Below, piece by piece: positions 36,436-46,378 of a stretch of DNA of 64,000 nucleotides. Position 1 is the stretch's first letter. Each line of letters opens with the position of its first letter. The stretch is from NCBI GenBank assembly GCA_046598045.1, contig JBKJJJ010000215.1:31617-95616 (forward strand), in the 5' to 3' direction. Made by a program: the position numbers and the translations under genes. The DNA is from Candidatus Eiseniibacteriota bacterium. Lineage in GTDB: Bacteria; Eisenbacteria; RBG-16-71-46; DASYSL01. The notes under the pieces are model-generated. The model saw only the letters and a program-made list of their open reading frames with translations. It ran no database searches and had not been told where the DNA came from.

Positions 36436-37662
36436 TCAGCGGTCGCGCAGGCGCGCCGGGCCGGCTGCGGTCTCCGCCGCGCGGCGCAGGCCGCCCTCGG
36501 CGGTCGCAAGCTCGCGCAGGCGCGTGACGGTCGCGACCACCTGGTCGGCGACGAAATCGACTTCTTCCCCGGTATTGAAGCGCCCGAGGCCAAAACGGAT
36601 CGAGGCGTGCGCGCGGTCCGCGCCCACGCCCAGCGCGCGGATCACGTGCGAGGGTTCGACCGACGCCGAGCTGCACGCCGAGCCCGACGACACCGCGACG
36701 TCGCGCAATGCGAGCAGCAGCGCCTCGCCTTCGACGCCGTCGAACGACAGGTTCAGGTTCCCGGCGAGCCGCGCGCCCACCGACATCGTGCCGTTGACGT
36801 GCACGCCGTCCAGCCGCGCGACGATGCGCTCGAGCAGGCGGTCGCGCAGCGCGGCGACGCGCGGCGCCTCGGCCGGCATGGTCTCGAGCGCGAGCGCGCA
36901 AGCGGCGCCGAGCCCGACGATTCCCGGCACATCGAGCGTCCCGGAGCGCATGCCCTTCTCGTGGCCCCCGCCATCGAACAGGGGCGTCAGCCGGACCTTC
37001 GGGCGACGGCGCACGTAGAGCGCGCCGACACCCTTCGGCCCGTACAGCTTGTGTCCCGACAGCGCGAGCAGGTCGACCTGCGCGGCCTCGACGTCGATCG
37101 GGATCCTGCCCACCGCCTGCGTGGCGTCGACCGCGAACAGCGCGCCTTTCGCACGCGCGATGCGGCCGATCTCGGCGATCGGCTGGATCGTGCCGATCTC
37201 GTTGTTCGCCCACATCACCGACACCACGGTCGTCCGGTCGTCGATCGCGTCCGCCAGCCGGGCGAGGTCGACGAGCCCGTCCGGACGGACCGAAAGCACC
37301 GTGACGCGAAAACCCTCGGCCTCGAGCGCGTGCACCGGATCGAGGACCGCCTTGTGCTCGGTCGCGAGCGTGACCACGTGGTCGCCGCGCTCCTTGTAGT
37401 GCCGGGCCGCGCCCTTGAGCATGAGGTTGTCGCTCTCGGTCGCGCCCGAGGTGAACACGATCTCGGCGGGCGACGCCCCGATCGCGCGCGCCACCTGCTC
37501 GCGCGCGTCGTTCACCGCCTGCTCGGCCTTCCAGCCGAAGACGTGGCTCTTGCTCGCGGCGTTGCCGTAGTGCGTCGTGAAATAGGGCAGCATCGCCTCG
37601 AGCACCCGCGGGTCGCAGGCGGTCGTGGCGTGGTTGTCCATGTAGACGGGCAGTTGCAGCAC
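36436..37662 (-). CDS. iscS: Cysteine desulfurase
   Basis: 'YMDNHATT', '[10 protein letters not shown]', '[10 protein letters not shown]', 'SSGSACSS'. Confidence 0.95.
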   Translation of the reverse strand: MLQLPVYMDNHATTACDPRVLEAMLPYFTTHYGNAASKSHVFGWKAEQAVNDAREQVARAIGASPAEIVFTSGATESDNLMLKGAARHYKERGDHVVTLATEHKAVLDPVHALEAEGFRVTVLSVRPDGLVDLARLADAIDDRTTVVSVMWANNEIGTIQPIAEIGRIARAKGALFAVDATQAVGRIPIDVEAAQVDLLALSGHKLYGPKGVGALYVRRRPKVRLTPLFDGGGHEKGMRSGTLDVPGIVGLGAACALALETMPAEAPRVAALRDRLLERIVARLDGVHVNGTMSVGARLAGNLNLSFDGVEGEALLLALRDVAVSSGSACSSASVEPSHVIRALGVGADRAHASIRFGLGRFNTGEEVDFVADQVVATVTRLRELATAEGGLRRAAETAAGPARLRDR

Positions 37663-37799
37663 GGCGGCACCTCCGGACGTCGCCCCATCTTAACCCACCT
37701 GCCCGTTGGATGCGCACCGGCCTCCGGGATTGCACGGAGTTGGCCGAATGGGAGACCTCCCCGATTGCGCGCCGGCCGCCGCGCCCCTAGGGTGCGAAC

Positions 37800-38627
37800 A
37801 TGCGCCGCGCCGCCATGCTCGCCCTCGCCGTCCTATCCGCCGCTCCCACAGGCGCCTCCGGGCACGTGGGCGAGGTGCTGCTGTCCGAGCGCGCCGCCCT
37901 GGCGCTCGGCGTCGCGCGGGGCGACACGGTCGACGCCGCGCCCACCGCCGCGTTCGCCGCGCCCGAGCGCTACGTGGTCTCGGGCATTTACCGTCCGCAA
38001 GCCGACCCGGTCGAGGTCGGCCGCGACAGCCGCTACGCGCGCTTTCATGCGGACGATCTCGAGCGCCTCTCGGGCCAGCGCGACGCGGTCCAGCGCTTCG
38101 TGTTGCGGATCTCCAATCCCGCCCGCGCCGCCCTCGTGCGCGACCGGCTCCAGCGCAGCGCGGTCGGGTTCGACGCGTGGACCAGCCAGGACCTCGCCGA
38201 CCGCGCCTCGGGCACGTTCGTCGTGATCTCGCGCTTCCAGCGCGCGATCGCCTGGCTCGCGCTCGCGGCGGGCTCGATCTTCCTGGTCACGCTCATGGTC
38301 CTCAAGGTCGAGGAGCGGCGGCGCGAGCTCGCCTCGCTCACCCTGATGGGTATCTCGCGGCGGACGATCCTGAGCAGCCTCGCGCTCGAATCGCTCGTGG
38401 TGGCGGCGGTGGGTGGCGTGCTCGGAGTCCTGCTCGGGCTCCTCGCACAGGCCGGGATCAACGGCTACTTCCAGCGCTACTACGCGACCGACCTCCTGTT
38501 CTCGCGGGTCAGCCCCACGGTCGCGCTCACCGCGGTCCTGCTCGCGCTGCCGCTCGGGGTCGCCGCCGCGGCGGTCGCCGCGTGGCGGCTGCTCAAGACG
38601 CGCGGGCTGACGCGGGGCGCGCGGTGA
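37800..38627 (+). CDS. MacB/LolC-type ABC permease, C-terminal half only
   Basis: Signal-like N-terminus, second half of the periplasmic domain 'VLLSERAALALGVARGDTV', FtsX motif 'VEERRRELASLTLMG', 3 TM. Confidence 0.82.
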   Translation: MRRAAMLALAVLSAAPTGASGHVGEVLLSERAALALGVARGDTVDAAPTAAFAAPERYVVSGIYRPQADPVEVGRDSRYARFHADDLERLSGQRDAVQRFVLRISNPARAALVRDRLQRSAVGFDAWTSQDLADRASGTFVVISRFQRAIAWLALAAGSIFLVTLMVLKVEERRRELASLTLMGISRRTILSSLALESLVVAAVGGVLGVLLGLLAQAGINGYFQRYYATDLLFSRVSPTVALTAVLLALPLGVAAAAVAAWRLLKTRGLTRGAR

Positions 38628-39856
38628 TCGCCTTCCTCGCGCGGCGGAATCTCGTGCGCCAGCGAGCGCGCACGCTGCTGTGCGCGCTCGGGCTCGCGGT
38701 CTCGACCGCGCTGCTCTACGACATGGCGCTGCTCGCCTCGGGGCTCAAGGCGAGTCTCGCGCACGTGCTCGAGCAGATCGGCTACGACCTGCGCGTGTTG
38801 CCCCGCGGTGGGCTGCCGTTCTCGAGCGACGCCGTGCTGCCCGGCGGCCACGCGCTGGCGAACGACCTCGCCGGGATCCCGGGCGTCGCCGGGGTGGAAC
38901 CGCTGTGGGCGACCACGCTCTATCTCGAGCCGCGCGCCGGGGCCGGCCCCACCCGGCGGGCGGTGAGCGCATTCGCGCTCGGCCTCGAGCCCGCGCGCCA
39001 GACCATGTACCGCATCGAGCAGGGCGCCGCGATCGCGCCCCGCGACTCCACGCGCCCGCCGGGCGATGACGACGCGACGCCGGTCGTGCTCAACGCGCTC
39101 GCGGCGCGCGCGCTCGGCGCGGGGCCGGGCGACACGCTCCTCGCCTCGGCCACGCTCGACGCGGTCCAAGGCGGCGCCGCGCGGCCCGTGCACCTCGTGG
39201 TCACGGGCATCGCGCAGTTTCGCTTCGACATGCGCACGCAGCGCTCGCTCTCGCTCCGCCCTGGAGACCTCGCGCGCCTCGCCGGGCGAGGCGACGACCC
39301 GGCGTCGTTCCTGCTCGGGCGCCTCGCGCCCGGCGGTTCGGCGCGCGCGGTGGGCGCGCGCTGGGAGGCGCTCCACCCGGAGACCGAGTTTCACGAGGTG
39401 AGCGAGATGCTCGCCGAGGTGCGTGGGCAGCTCTCCTACTTCCGGCAATTCTCGCTCATCCTCGGCACGGTCAGCCTGCTGGTCACCTTCCTGCTCGTGC
39501 TCACGCTGCAGACGCTGTCGGTCAACGAACGCCAGGGCGAGATCGCGATCCTGCGCGCGCTCGGCCTGCGCTCGTCGCGCGTCGTCCGGCTCGTGCTGGC
39601 CGAGGGCCTTGCGCTCGCCCTGCTCGCGCTCGGACCGGGGATCGCGCTCGGCGCGCTCGCCGCGCGCGGCCTCGATAAGATCCTCACCAGTTCGCCGGGG
39701 CTGCCGGTCGGGCTGTCGTTCTTCGTGTTCACGCCCGGCGCGCTCGCGCGCACCGCCCTGCTCGTGCTCGTCACCGCGACGCTTGCCGGCGCCTACCCGG
39801 CGTGGCTCGCCGCGCGGACGAACGTCGCGCTCACGCTACACCGGGAGGTGACTTGA
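38624..39856 (+). CDS. MacB/LolC-type ABC permease, full length
   Basis: GTGA overlap; 'LARRNL...RARTLL' TM1, periplasmic domain, 'VNERQGEIAILRALG', 'GAYPAWLAAR'. Confidence 0.9.
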   Translation: MIAFLARRNLVRQRARTLLCALGLAVSTALLYDMALLASGLKASLAHVLEQIGYDLRVLPRGGLPFSSDAVLPGGHALANDLAGIPGVAGVEPLWATTLYLEPRAGAGPTRRAVSAFALGLEPARQTMYRIEQGAAIAPRDSTRPPGDDDATPVVLNALAARALGAGPGDTLLASATLDAVQGGAARPVHLVVTGIAQFRFDMRTQRSLSLRPGDLARLAGRGDDPASFLLGRLAPGGSARAVGARWEALHPETEFHEVSEMLAEVRGQLSYFRQFSLILGTVSLLVTFLLVLTLQTLSVNERQGEIAILRALGLRSSRVVRLVLAEGLALALLALGPGIALGALAARGLDKILTSSPGLPVGLSFFVFTPGALARTALLVLVTATLAGAYPAWLAARTNVALTLHREVT

Positions 39857-40545
39857 ACGCATCCCAGGTCGTGGTCGAGGCACGCCACGCGACCAAGCTC
39901 TACCCGATGCCCGCAGGCGACGTGCGCGCGCTCAGCGACGTGTCGCTCGCCGTGCCGTCGGGCGACTACCTCGCGCTGATGGGCCCGAGCGGCTGCGGCA
40001 AGAGCACGCTCCTCAACCTCTTCGGCGCGGTCGATCTCCCGAGCACCGGCAAGGTCGTGCTCGAAGGTCAGGATACCGGTGTGCTCGGGGACGGCGAGCG
40101 CACCGCGCTACGGCTCACGCGCGTCGGGTTCGTGTTCCAGCGCTTCTTCCTCCTGCCCATGCTGACGGCGTACGAGAACGTGCTGCTGCCCATGCTCGAG
40201 GCGCGCATGCCGCGCGCCGAGCGCGAGGCGCGCGCGCTCGAGCTGCTCGAGTACGTCGGCCTCGCCGGCCGCCGGGACCACCGCACCGCGCAGCTCTCGG
40301 GCGGGGAGATGCAGCGTGTCGCGATCGCGCGCGCGCTCGCGAACCGGCCGCGCCTGCTGCTCGCCGACGAGCCGACCGGGGAACTCGACGAGGCCACCGG
40401 CGACGTCATCGCCCGCCTGCTCGCGCGCCTCTCGGCCGACGGGCTGACGATCGTGCTCGTGACCCACAACCCCGTGCTCGCGGCGCAGGCGCGTCGCACG
40501 CTCCACCTGCGCGACGGGCGCGTGGTCGAGGAGACCTACAGCTGA
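39853..40545 (+). CDS. ABC ATP-binding protein (LolD/MacB type)
   Basis: TTGA overlap; 'GPSGCGKST', 'LSGGEMQRVAIARAL', 'LLADEPTG', 'VTH'. Confidence 0.95.
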   Translation: MNASQVVVEARHATKLYPMPAGDVRALSDVSLAVPSGDYLALMGPSGCGKSTLLNLFGAVDLPSTGKVVLEGQDTGVLGDGERTALRLTRVGFVFQRFFLLPMLTAYENVLLPMLEARMPRAEREARALELLEYVGLAGRRDHRTAQLSGGEMQRVAIARALANRPRLLLADEPTGELDEATGDVIARLLARLSADGLTIVLVTHNPVLAAQARRTLHLRDGRVVEETYS

Positions 40546-42056
40546 TGTGGCTCCTCGCGCGCCGCAACCTCGCCGTCCGGCCCGGACGGACCGCGCTGTT
40601 CCTGCTCGGCTTCGCGCTCGCGGTGGGCGTGATGATCGCGCTCCTGTCGGTCGGCGAGGCGATCGTCGAGCAGGCGCGCGACAAGGACCTCGTCGGCGGC
40701 GGGGACATCGTGCTCGTGCCGCAGGGCACCGACGTCGACGTGCTCAAGCTCGGCGGCGTGACCGCGATGTTCTCGACCGTGCCGAACGCACGTTTTCTGT
40801 ACCGCCAGTTGCTGCGCGGCCCGCGCTTCGTGCGCGACGTCGAAGCCGCCGCGCCGACCTGGGCCGGACGCCCGGTCTACCTGCGCGCGCGCGGCAGGGT
40901 GATCCAATCCCTCGCGAGCGCCGAGGTCCCCGCGCTCACGCGCGCGCTCCGGGGCAAGTCCCGGCTGCCGAAGGAATGGCGCGACAGCCCCGGGGAGACG
41001 GCATTCGCGCGCCTCGAAGGTCCCGAGCTCTACGCCGAGATGGATCACTGGCACCGGCCTCCGGCCGCGGCCAGGGAGGCCGGGCACTGGGCCGAGTGGT
41101 ACTACTTCAACCTCGCCGATCCGGTGACCGGCGCGTATGCGTATCTCTCGTTCTTCGTCGCCGGCGACCCGTGGAGCGGCCGCGCGCTCGGCAGCCTGTC
41201 GCTGCAGCTCGGCGGCCGCGGCCGGCCGCCCCGGCGCTACGTGTGCGCGGTCCCGATCGACTCGAGCGCGGTTCCGCTCGACGGCGTGGGCGCGCGCCTC
41301 GGCCCCGCGACGGTCACGTTCGAGGACGGGCGATACCGACTGCGCGCGCGCTTCAGCGACCTGCTCGGCGGGGGACCGGTCGACGTCGACCTCACGGTGA
41401 CGCCCGCGCCGCGCGCCTACTACCCGCCGATCACGATCGCCGGCGCGGACGGCTTCGAGTCGGGCTACGTCGTGCCTGCCGCGATCGCACGGGGCGACGG
41501 CACGGTGAGCGTCTCCGGCACGCGCGTCGTGTTCGCCGGCGTGCCCGCGTACCACGACCACAACTGGGGCGTGTGGAAGAGCACGCGTTGGGACTGGGGC
41601 CAGGTCCAGAGCACGGACCGTGCGTTCGCCCTGGTCTACGGCGCCGTGCACGCGCCCGAGCTCGAGCGCGCCGGCAACAGCGGACGCCGCTTCGTACTGG
41701 TGACCGCGCACGACGGCTTCCTCGGCTTCCTCGAGCCGCGCGCGTTCGTGTACTCGGGCTGGCGCCCCGGCCCGCGCGTCGGCGCGACCCAGGTGGCGGC
41801 CCCCTCCGAGATCCGCTTCGACGCGGTGAGCGAGGACGATTCACTCACGGTGCGCTTTCGCGTGGAGGACGTGGTCGCCTCGCGGCCACCGGGCGACGCG
41901 GGCGAGCCGGTCGCCATGCGGCTCGGGGCGGGGCGGGCGTTCCTGCAGATGCGCGGCACGTACGAGGTGCGGGGGAGGGTGGGCGGTCGCGCGGTCGCAT
42001 TCGACGCGCCGGGCGCGGCGGAGACGTTCGTCGAGCTCGACCGACATCCTGATTGA
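40545..42056 (+). CDS. Permease N-terminal half fused to an AttH/CrtC (tocopherol-cyclase-like) domain
   Basis: 'LARRNLAVRPGRTALFLLGFALAVGVMIALL' TM1; later 'WAEWYYFN', 'AYHDHNWG', 'RWDWGQ'. Confidence 0.8.
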   Translation: MWLLARRNLAVRPGRTALFLLGFALAVGVMIALLSVGEAIVEQARDKDLVGGGDIVLVPQGTDVDVLKLGGVTAMFSTVPNARFLYRQLLRGPRFVRDVEAAAPTWAGRPVYLRARGRVIQSLASAEVPALTRALRGKSRLPKEWRDSPGETAFARLEGPELYAEMDHWHRPPAAAREAGHWAEWYYFNLADPVTGAYAYLSFFVAGDPWSGRALGSLSLQLGGRGRPPRRYVCAVPIDSSAVPLDGVGARLGPATVTFEDGRYRLRARFSDLLGGGPVDVDLTVTPAPRAYYPPITIAGADGFESGYVVPAAIARGDGTVSVSGTRVVFAGVPAYHDHNWGVWKSTRWDWGQVQSTDRAFALVYGAVHAPELERAGNSGRRFVLVTAHDGFLGFLEPRAFVYSGWRPGPRVGATQVAAPSEIRFDAVSEDDSLTVRFRVEDVVASRPPGDAGEPVAMRLGAGRAFLQMRGTYEVRGRVGGRAVAFDAPGAAETFVELDRHPD

Positions 42057-42144
42057 CGAATGACCGGGAGTGGCGCGAGGCTCCCGGTGCTCGCCGCACG
42101 CGGCCGCGAAGTGTGAAACCGGATTCCACCCGAGGAGGTCGTTC

Positions 42145-42753
42145 GTGATCACGGTTGCTCCCATCCAGCTCGAGGGCCATGGCGTGCGCCTCGAGCCCCT
42201 GACCGTCGAGCACTCCGAGGGCCTTGCCGCCGCGGCGTCCGACGGTCACCTGTGGGAACTCTGGTACACCTCGGTGCCGGCGCCGGGGGAGGAGGCCGGG
42301 TACGTCGCGACCGCGCTCGAGGGGCAACAGGCCGGTCACATGCTCCCGTGGGCCGTGCGCGACCTCGCGTCGGGCAGGATCGCGGGGACGACGCGCTACC
42401 ACGACATCGTGCCGGAGATCGATCGCGTCGAGATCGGGTGGACGTGGTACGGCGCGTCGTGGCAGCGCACGCACGTCAACACCGCGTGCAAGCTGCTCCT
42501 GCTGGGCCACGCGTTCGACACGCTCGGCTGCCGGGTGGTCGGCCTGCGCACGGACAATTTCAATTTCGCGTCGCAGCGCGCGATCGCCGCGCTCGGCGCG
42601 AAGCCGGACGGCGTGCTGCGCCACCACACCGCGCGGCGGGATGGAACGGTGCGCGACTCAGTCCTGTTCAGCATCCTGGCGGCGGAGTGGTCGGACGTGA
42701 AGCGGCACCTCGCCGTGCGGTTCGCCCGCGCGGCCGCGCGGGCGCTGCGGTAG
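42145..42753 (+). CDS. GNAT N-acetyltransferase (RimJ/RimL-like)
   Basis: 'VEIGWTW', 'VNTACKLLLL.HAF', 'N.ASQRAI..LGA..DGVLR'; GAGGAGG RBS. Confidence 0.9.
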   Translation: MITVAPIQLEGHGVRLEPLTVEHSEGLAAAASDGHLWELWYTSVPAPGEEAGYVATALEGQQAGHMLPWAVRDLASGRIAGTTRYHDIVPEIDRVEIGWTWYGASWQRTHVNTACKLLLLGHAFDTLGCRVVGLRTDNFNFASQRAIAALGAKPDGVLRHHTARRDGTVRDSVLFSILAAEWSDVKRHLAVRFARAAARALR

Positions 42754-42853
42754 GTCCGCGCGCCCGCGATTGGCGCGGCCTCCGGGCCGGTCGCGGATTC
42801 CCTGAAAATCACGCTCGACAAGCGAGGTCCCTCCGGGGCATTCTGCGGAGTCT

Positions 42854-42872
42854 ATTGAGACTGAGTCTCAAT
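42854..42872. promoter_or_regulatory. Perfect 9-1-9 inverted repeat, Fur-box-like operator
   Basis: ATTGAGACT-G-AGTCTCAAT, an AT-rich patch ending 79 nt upstream of the apbE-porin gene. Confidence 0.72.
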
Positions 42873-42951
42873 TGCAGCGCGAGCGGGGGGCGACGGCCGC
42901 CGCCCGCTCGGGTCCTCGCCACTCGGGCTCCCCGCCCGCACGGAGGTCGTC

Positions 42952-45285
42952 GTGAGATTGCGCCTCGCCTCGCTGATCGCAGTCCTTTCCCTTGCCGCAC
43001 TCCCCAGGGGCGTCCCGGCCGCGGAGGCGACGAGTCCCGCGATCAACGCGCCCGCAAGCGTCACCGTCGAACGCGAGCGCGTGCTCATGGGCACGCGCTG
43101 CTCGATCGTCCTCCAGGGCGACGACGTTGCGGCGCTCGAGTCGGCGGCGACCGCCGCCTTCGAGACCATCGCCCGCCTCGAGGCGGTGGCGAGCAACTGG
43201 CGCCCGGACTCCGAGCTCGCCCGCTTCACGCGCGCGTCCTCCGCACGCTCCGGCCGGGCGGTCCCCGTCTCTCCGGACCTGTTCGACGTGCTCGACCGCT
43301 CGACCGCGTGGTGCATTCGTACCGGCGGTGCGTTCGACGCCACGGTCGAGCCCCTGACCCGCGCGTACGACCTCCGCGGCGACGGACGCATTCCCGGCGA
43401 GGCCGAGCGCGTCGCGGCGTCGAAGCTGGTGCGCGGCGCCGACGTGATGCTCGATGCCGAAGCGAAGACGGTGTCGCTGCCCGCGCGCGGCATGGCGTTC
43501 GATCTCGGCGGCATCGCGAAGGGTTGGGCGCTCGATCGCGCCGTCGGGACGCTGCGCGCGCACGGCGTGACGCGAGCGCTGGTCAATTTCGGCGGGCAGG
43601 TCTACGCACTCGGCGCGCCCGTCGGCGCCGACGCGTGGGCGGTCGAGATCGCCTCGCCCGACGAGCGCGGGCAGGGCGTGGTGACGCTGCGGCTCAAGGA
43701 TCGTTCGCTCGCGACCAGCGCGGCGTCCGAGCATGCGCTCCAGGTGGGCGGCACATCGATCAACCACATCCTCGATCCACGCACCGGACGCCCGGCGGCT
43801 TCATGGGGCTCGGCGAGCGCGATCGCGGCCACGGCGACCGATGCCGACTGCGCCTCGACCGCGCTCTACGTGATGGGTGCCGCGATGGGGCTGGCGTGGG
43901 CCAAGGGCCAGCCCGACCTCGAGGCGGTGATGCTCACGCCCGACCCGTCCGCCCCCGGCGGCGTGCGCGTGGAGCGCTCGAGCGGTCCGGTCGCCGCCTT
44001 GTTCCCCGCGGCCCCGGCGCTGGCCGCGCAGGCCGGCGATGCCGCGACCCCGGAACCGAGCAATCGCGAGCTGGCGCGCCGGCTGGACGTGCTGGCCGGC
44101 GAGGTCGACGATCTCAAGATCGGCGACGCGGCGGCGCCGCCGGTCGAGAGCCACGCCGGCCTCGGCCCTGCGGCGTCGAAGGTCTATGGCGTCAAGCGCG
44201 GCGTCTCGATCGGCGGCTACGGCGAGATGAGATACGAGTCGTTCCGCCAGAACGCGGACGGCGGCACGCCCGCGGGCAAGAGCGCGCGCCTCGACTTCGT
44301 GCGCGCGATCACCTACGTGGGCTACAAGTTCTCGGATCACGCGCTGTTCAACTCCGAGATCGAGTTCGAGCACGCGTCGACCGAGCTCAGCGGATCGGTC
44401 TCGGTCGAGTTCGCGTACCTCGACTTCCTCGCGAAGCCGGCGCTCAACCTGCGGGCGGGCATGCTGCTCGTGCCGATGGGCTTCCTGAACGAGCTGCATG
44501 AGCCGCCCACGTTCCTGACGTCGAGCCGACCCGAGGTCGAGCGCAACATCGTGCCGTCGACCTGGCGCGCGAATGGCGCCGGGCTCCATGGCGAGTTCGC
44601 CAATGGCCTGTCGTATCGAGCGTTCGTGACCGAGAGCCTGCGCGGCGTCGCCGACCCGGGTGCGGGGATCGAAGGCATCACCGCCGGGAGCGGCCCCTAC
44701 GAGGCGCGCCAGAACGGCTCCGAGAGCATCTTCGACGAGGTTGCGTTCACCGGCCGGGTCGAGTGGCAGGGCGGCGGCGCGCGCTTCGGCGCATCGGCGT
44801 TCACGGGCGGCACCGCCCAGAACGCGACCACGACGCTCGGCGAGGACTTCACCGCGCGCGCGACCATCGTCGAGGCGCATGGCGAATACAAGAACCACGG
44901 CCTGTGGGTGCGGGCGCTCGGCGCGCGCGGCATCGTCGATGAGGCCGCGCTGCTCAACGACGCGAACGGCTTCGTGGGCGACGAGTCGGTGGGTTCGAGG
45001 AACTACGGGGCGTACCTGAACGTGGGTTACGAGCTGATGCGCCAACTCGGCAAGGGGTCGGGCCTGGCGCTCTGGCCGTTCGTCCAGTACGAGCGCTACG
45101 ACACGCAGGACGAGGTGCCCGTGGGCTTCACCAAGAACCCGGCGAACGACCGCAAGTCCTGGACGTTCGGCGCCGCGTTCTACCCGGACCCGCAGATCGT
45201 GCTCAAGGCGGACTACCAGAACAACTGGACGCCCAACGGCTCCGCCGTCGACCGCCTCGGCGTGTCGCTGGGGTACCTGTTCTGA
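42952..45285 (+). CDS. ApbE (FAD:protein FMN transferase) fused to an outer-membrane porin-like beta-barrel
   Basis: ApbE motifs 'LMGT', 'GGAFDATV', 'DLGGIAKG', 'LATS', 'HILDPRTG', 'ADCASTA'; then 'SIGGYGE', 'FNSEIEFEH', 'VEFAYLDF' and terminal beta-signal 'LGVSLGYLF'. Confidence 0.85.
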   Translation: MRLRLASLIAVLSLAALPRGVPAAEATSPAINAPASVTVERERVLMGTRCSIVLQGDDVAALESAATAAFETIARLEAVASNWRPDSELARFTRASSARSGRAVPVSPDLFDVLDRSTAWCIRTGGAFDATVEPLTRAYDLRGDGRIPGEAERVAASKLVRGADVMLDAEAKTVSLPARGMAFDLGGIAKGWALDRAVGTLRAHGVTRALVNFGGQVYALGAPVGADAWAVEIASPDERGQGVVTLRLKDRSLATSAASEHALQVGGTSINHILDPRTGRPAASWGSASAIAATATDADCASTALYVMGAAMGLAWAKGQPDLEAVMLTPDPSAPGGVRVERSSGPVAALFPAAPALAAQAGDAATPEPSNRELARRLDVLAGEVDDLKIGDAAAPPVESHAGLGPAASKVYGVKRGVSIGGYGEMRYESFRQNADGGTPAGKSARLDFVRAITYVGYKFSDHALFNSEIEFEHASTELSGSVSVEFAYLDFLAKPALNLRAGMLLVPMGFLNELHEPPTFLTSSRPEVERNIVPSTWRANGAGLHGEFANGLSYRAFVTESLRGVADPGAGIEGITAGSGPYEARQNGSESIFDEVAFTGRVEWQGGGARFGASAFTGGTAQNATTTLGEDFTARATIVEAHGEYKNHGLWVRALGARGIVDEAALLNDANGFVGDESVGSRNYGAYLNVGYELMRQLGKGSGLALWPFVQYERYDTQDEVPVGFTKNPANDRKSWTFGAAFYPDPQIVLKADYQNNWTPNGSAVDRLGVSLGYLF

Positions 45286-45845
45286 GAGCCGCTCGCATCG
45301 CAGCCCTGCTCGCGTGCCTGCTTGCACTGCTCCCGGCGCTGGCGGGCGCGCGCATCCTGATGACGCGCGAAGCGGCACTGGCGCAGGCGTTCGGGGTCGA
45401 GGCGCGCGTCGAGGTGCGCACCGTCTACCTCACGCCCGATCAGGTGACGCGCGTCGAGCGGGCCGCCGGCGCGAAGCTCGCGTCGCCGCGCGTGGTGGCA
45501 TATCGTGGCGCGGTCGGCGATTCGCTCGTCGGCACCGCGTATCTCGACACTCACCCGGTGCGCAGCCAGATGGAGACGATCATGATCGTGGTCACGGCCG
45601 CGGGGAAGGTCGGCGCCGTCGAGGTGCTCGCGTTCAACGAGCCGAACGATTATCTGCCGCCGCCGCGCTGGCTCGAGCGCTTCGACGGGCGTGCATTGTC
45701 GAAGGACCTCAAGCCCGGGCTCGCGGTGCCCAGCCTCGCCGGCGCGACGCTGACGGCGCGCGCGGTGTCCGCCGCGGTGCGGCGCACGCTCGCACTGCAC
45801 GCGGTGCTCGCGCAACTCGCGCCCGCCGCGGCGGGGGTCCGATGA
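45282..45845 (+). CDS. Secreted FMN-binding (flavinylation substrate) protein
   Basis: Frame is open from CTG 45282 (CTGA overlap), which adds a signal peptide; flavinylation-like motif 'LAGATLTARAV'. Confidence 0.8.
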   Translation: MRAARIAALLACLLALLPALAGARILMTREAALAQAFGVEARVEVRTVYLTPDQVTRVERAAGAKLASPRVVAYRGAVGDSLVGTAYLDTHPVRSQMETIMIVVTAAGKVGAVEVLAFNEPNDYLPPPRWLERFDGRALSKDLKPGLAVPSLAGATLTARAVSAAVRRTLALHAVLAQLAPAAAGVR

Positions 45846-46378
45846 AGTACCTGCAGTCGGGGGGGTTCCGCAACCATCCGCTGATGCGGCTCACGCTCGG
45901 CTGCACGCTCTTGCTGCTGGCCGGGCTGTGGGTCACGACCGCGCTCATGTACTTCAAGAACATGACCCTCGATCCGCGAACGGTGATCGCCTACTACCGC
46001 GGTGACGAGGCGCGCTTTCTCGAGCCGCGCACCTACGGATCGATGCTCGAGGTCACGCACATGCACCTGCCGATGATGGCGCTCGTGCTGCTCCTGCTGA
46101 CGCACCTCGCGATCTTCCTGCCGTGGTCCCAGCGGGCGCGCGCCTGGCTCATTGTGAGTACGTTCATGTTCGCGCTGGTGGGCGAGGCAGCCGGGTGGCT
46201 GGTGCGGTTCGTCAGCCCGGGGTTCGCGCCGCTGAAAGTGGCGTGTTTCCTTGGTCTCGAGGCCACGCTCGGGGGACTCCTGGTTGGGCTTGCGCTCTAC
46301 CTGGCCTCCGCCGATCGGCCGGGCGCGCGGGCGCGGACGGCGGGAACCGCGATGCAGGGCGAGGAGTACGGCGAGTAG
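45842..46378 (+). CDS. Four-TM membrane protein with His motifs (possible heme b carrier)
   Basis: C-terminal part of ORF 45314..46378; ATGA overlap; 'EVTHMHLPMM...LLTHL'. Confidence 0.75.
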   Translation: MKYLQSGGFRNHPLMRLTLGCTLLLLAGLWVTTALMYFKNMTLDPRTVIAYYRGDEARFLEPRTYGSMLEVTHMHLPMMALVLLLLTHLAIFLPWSQRARAWLIVSTFMFALVGEAAGWLVRFVSPGFAPLKVACFLGLEATLGGLLVGLALYLASADRPGARARTAGTAMQGEEYGE

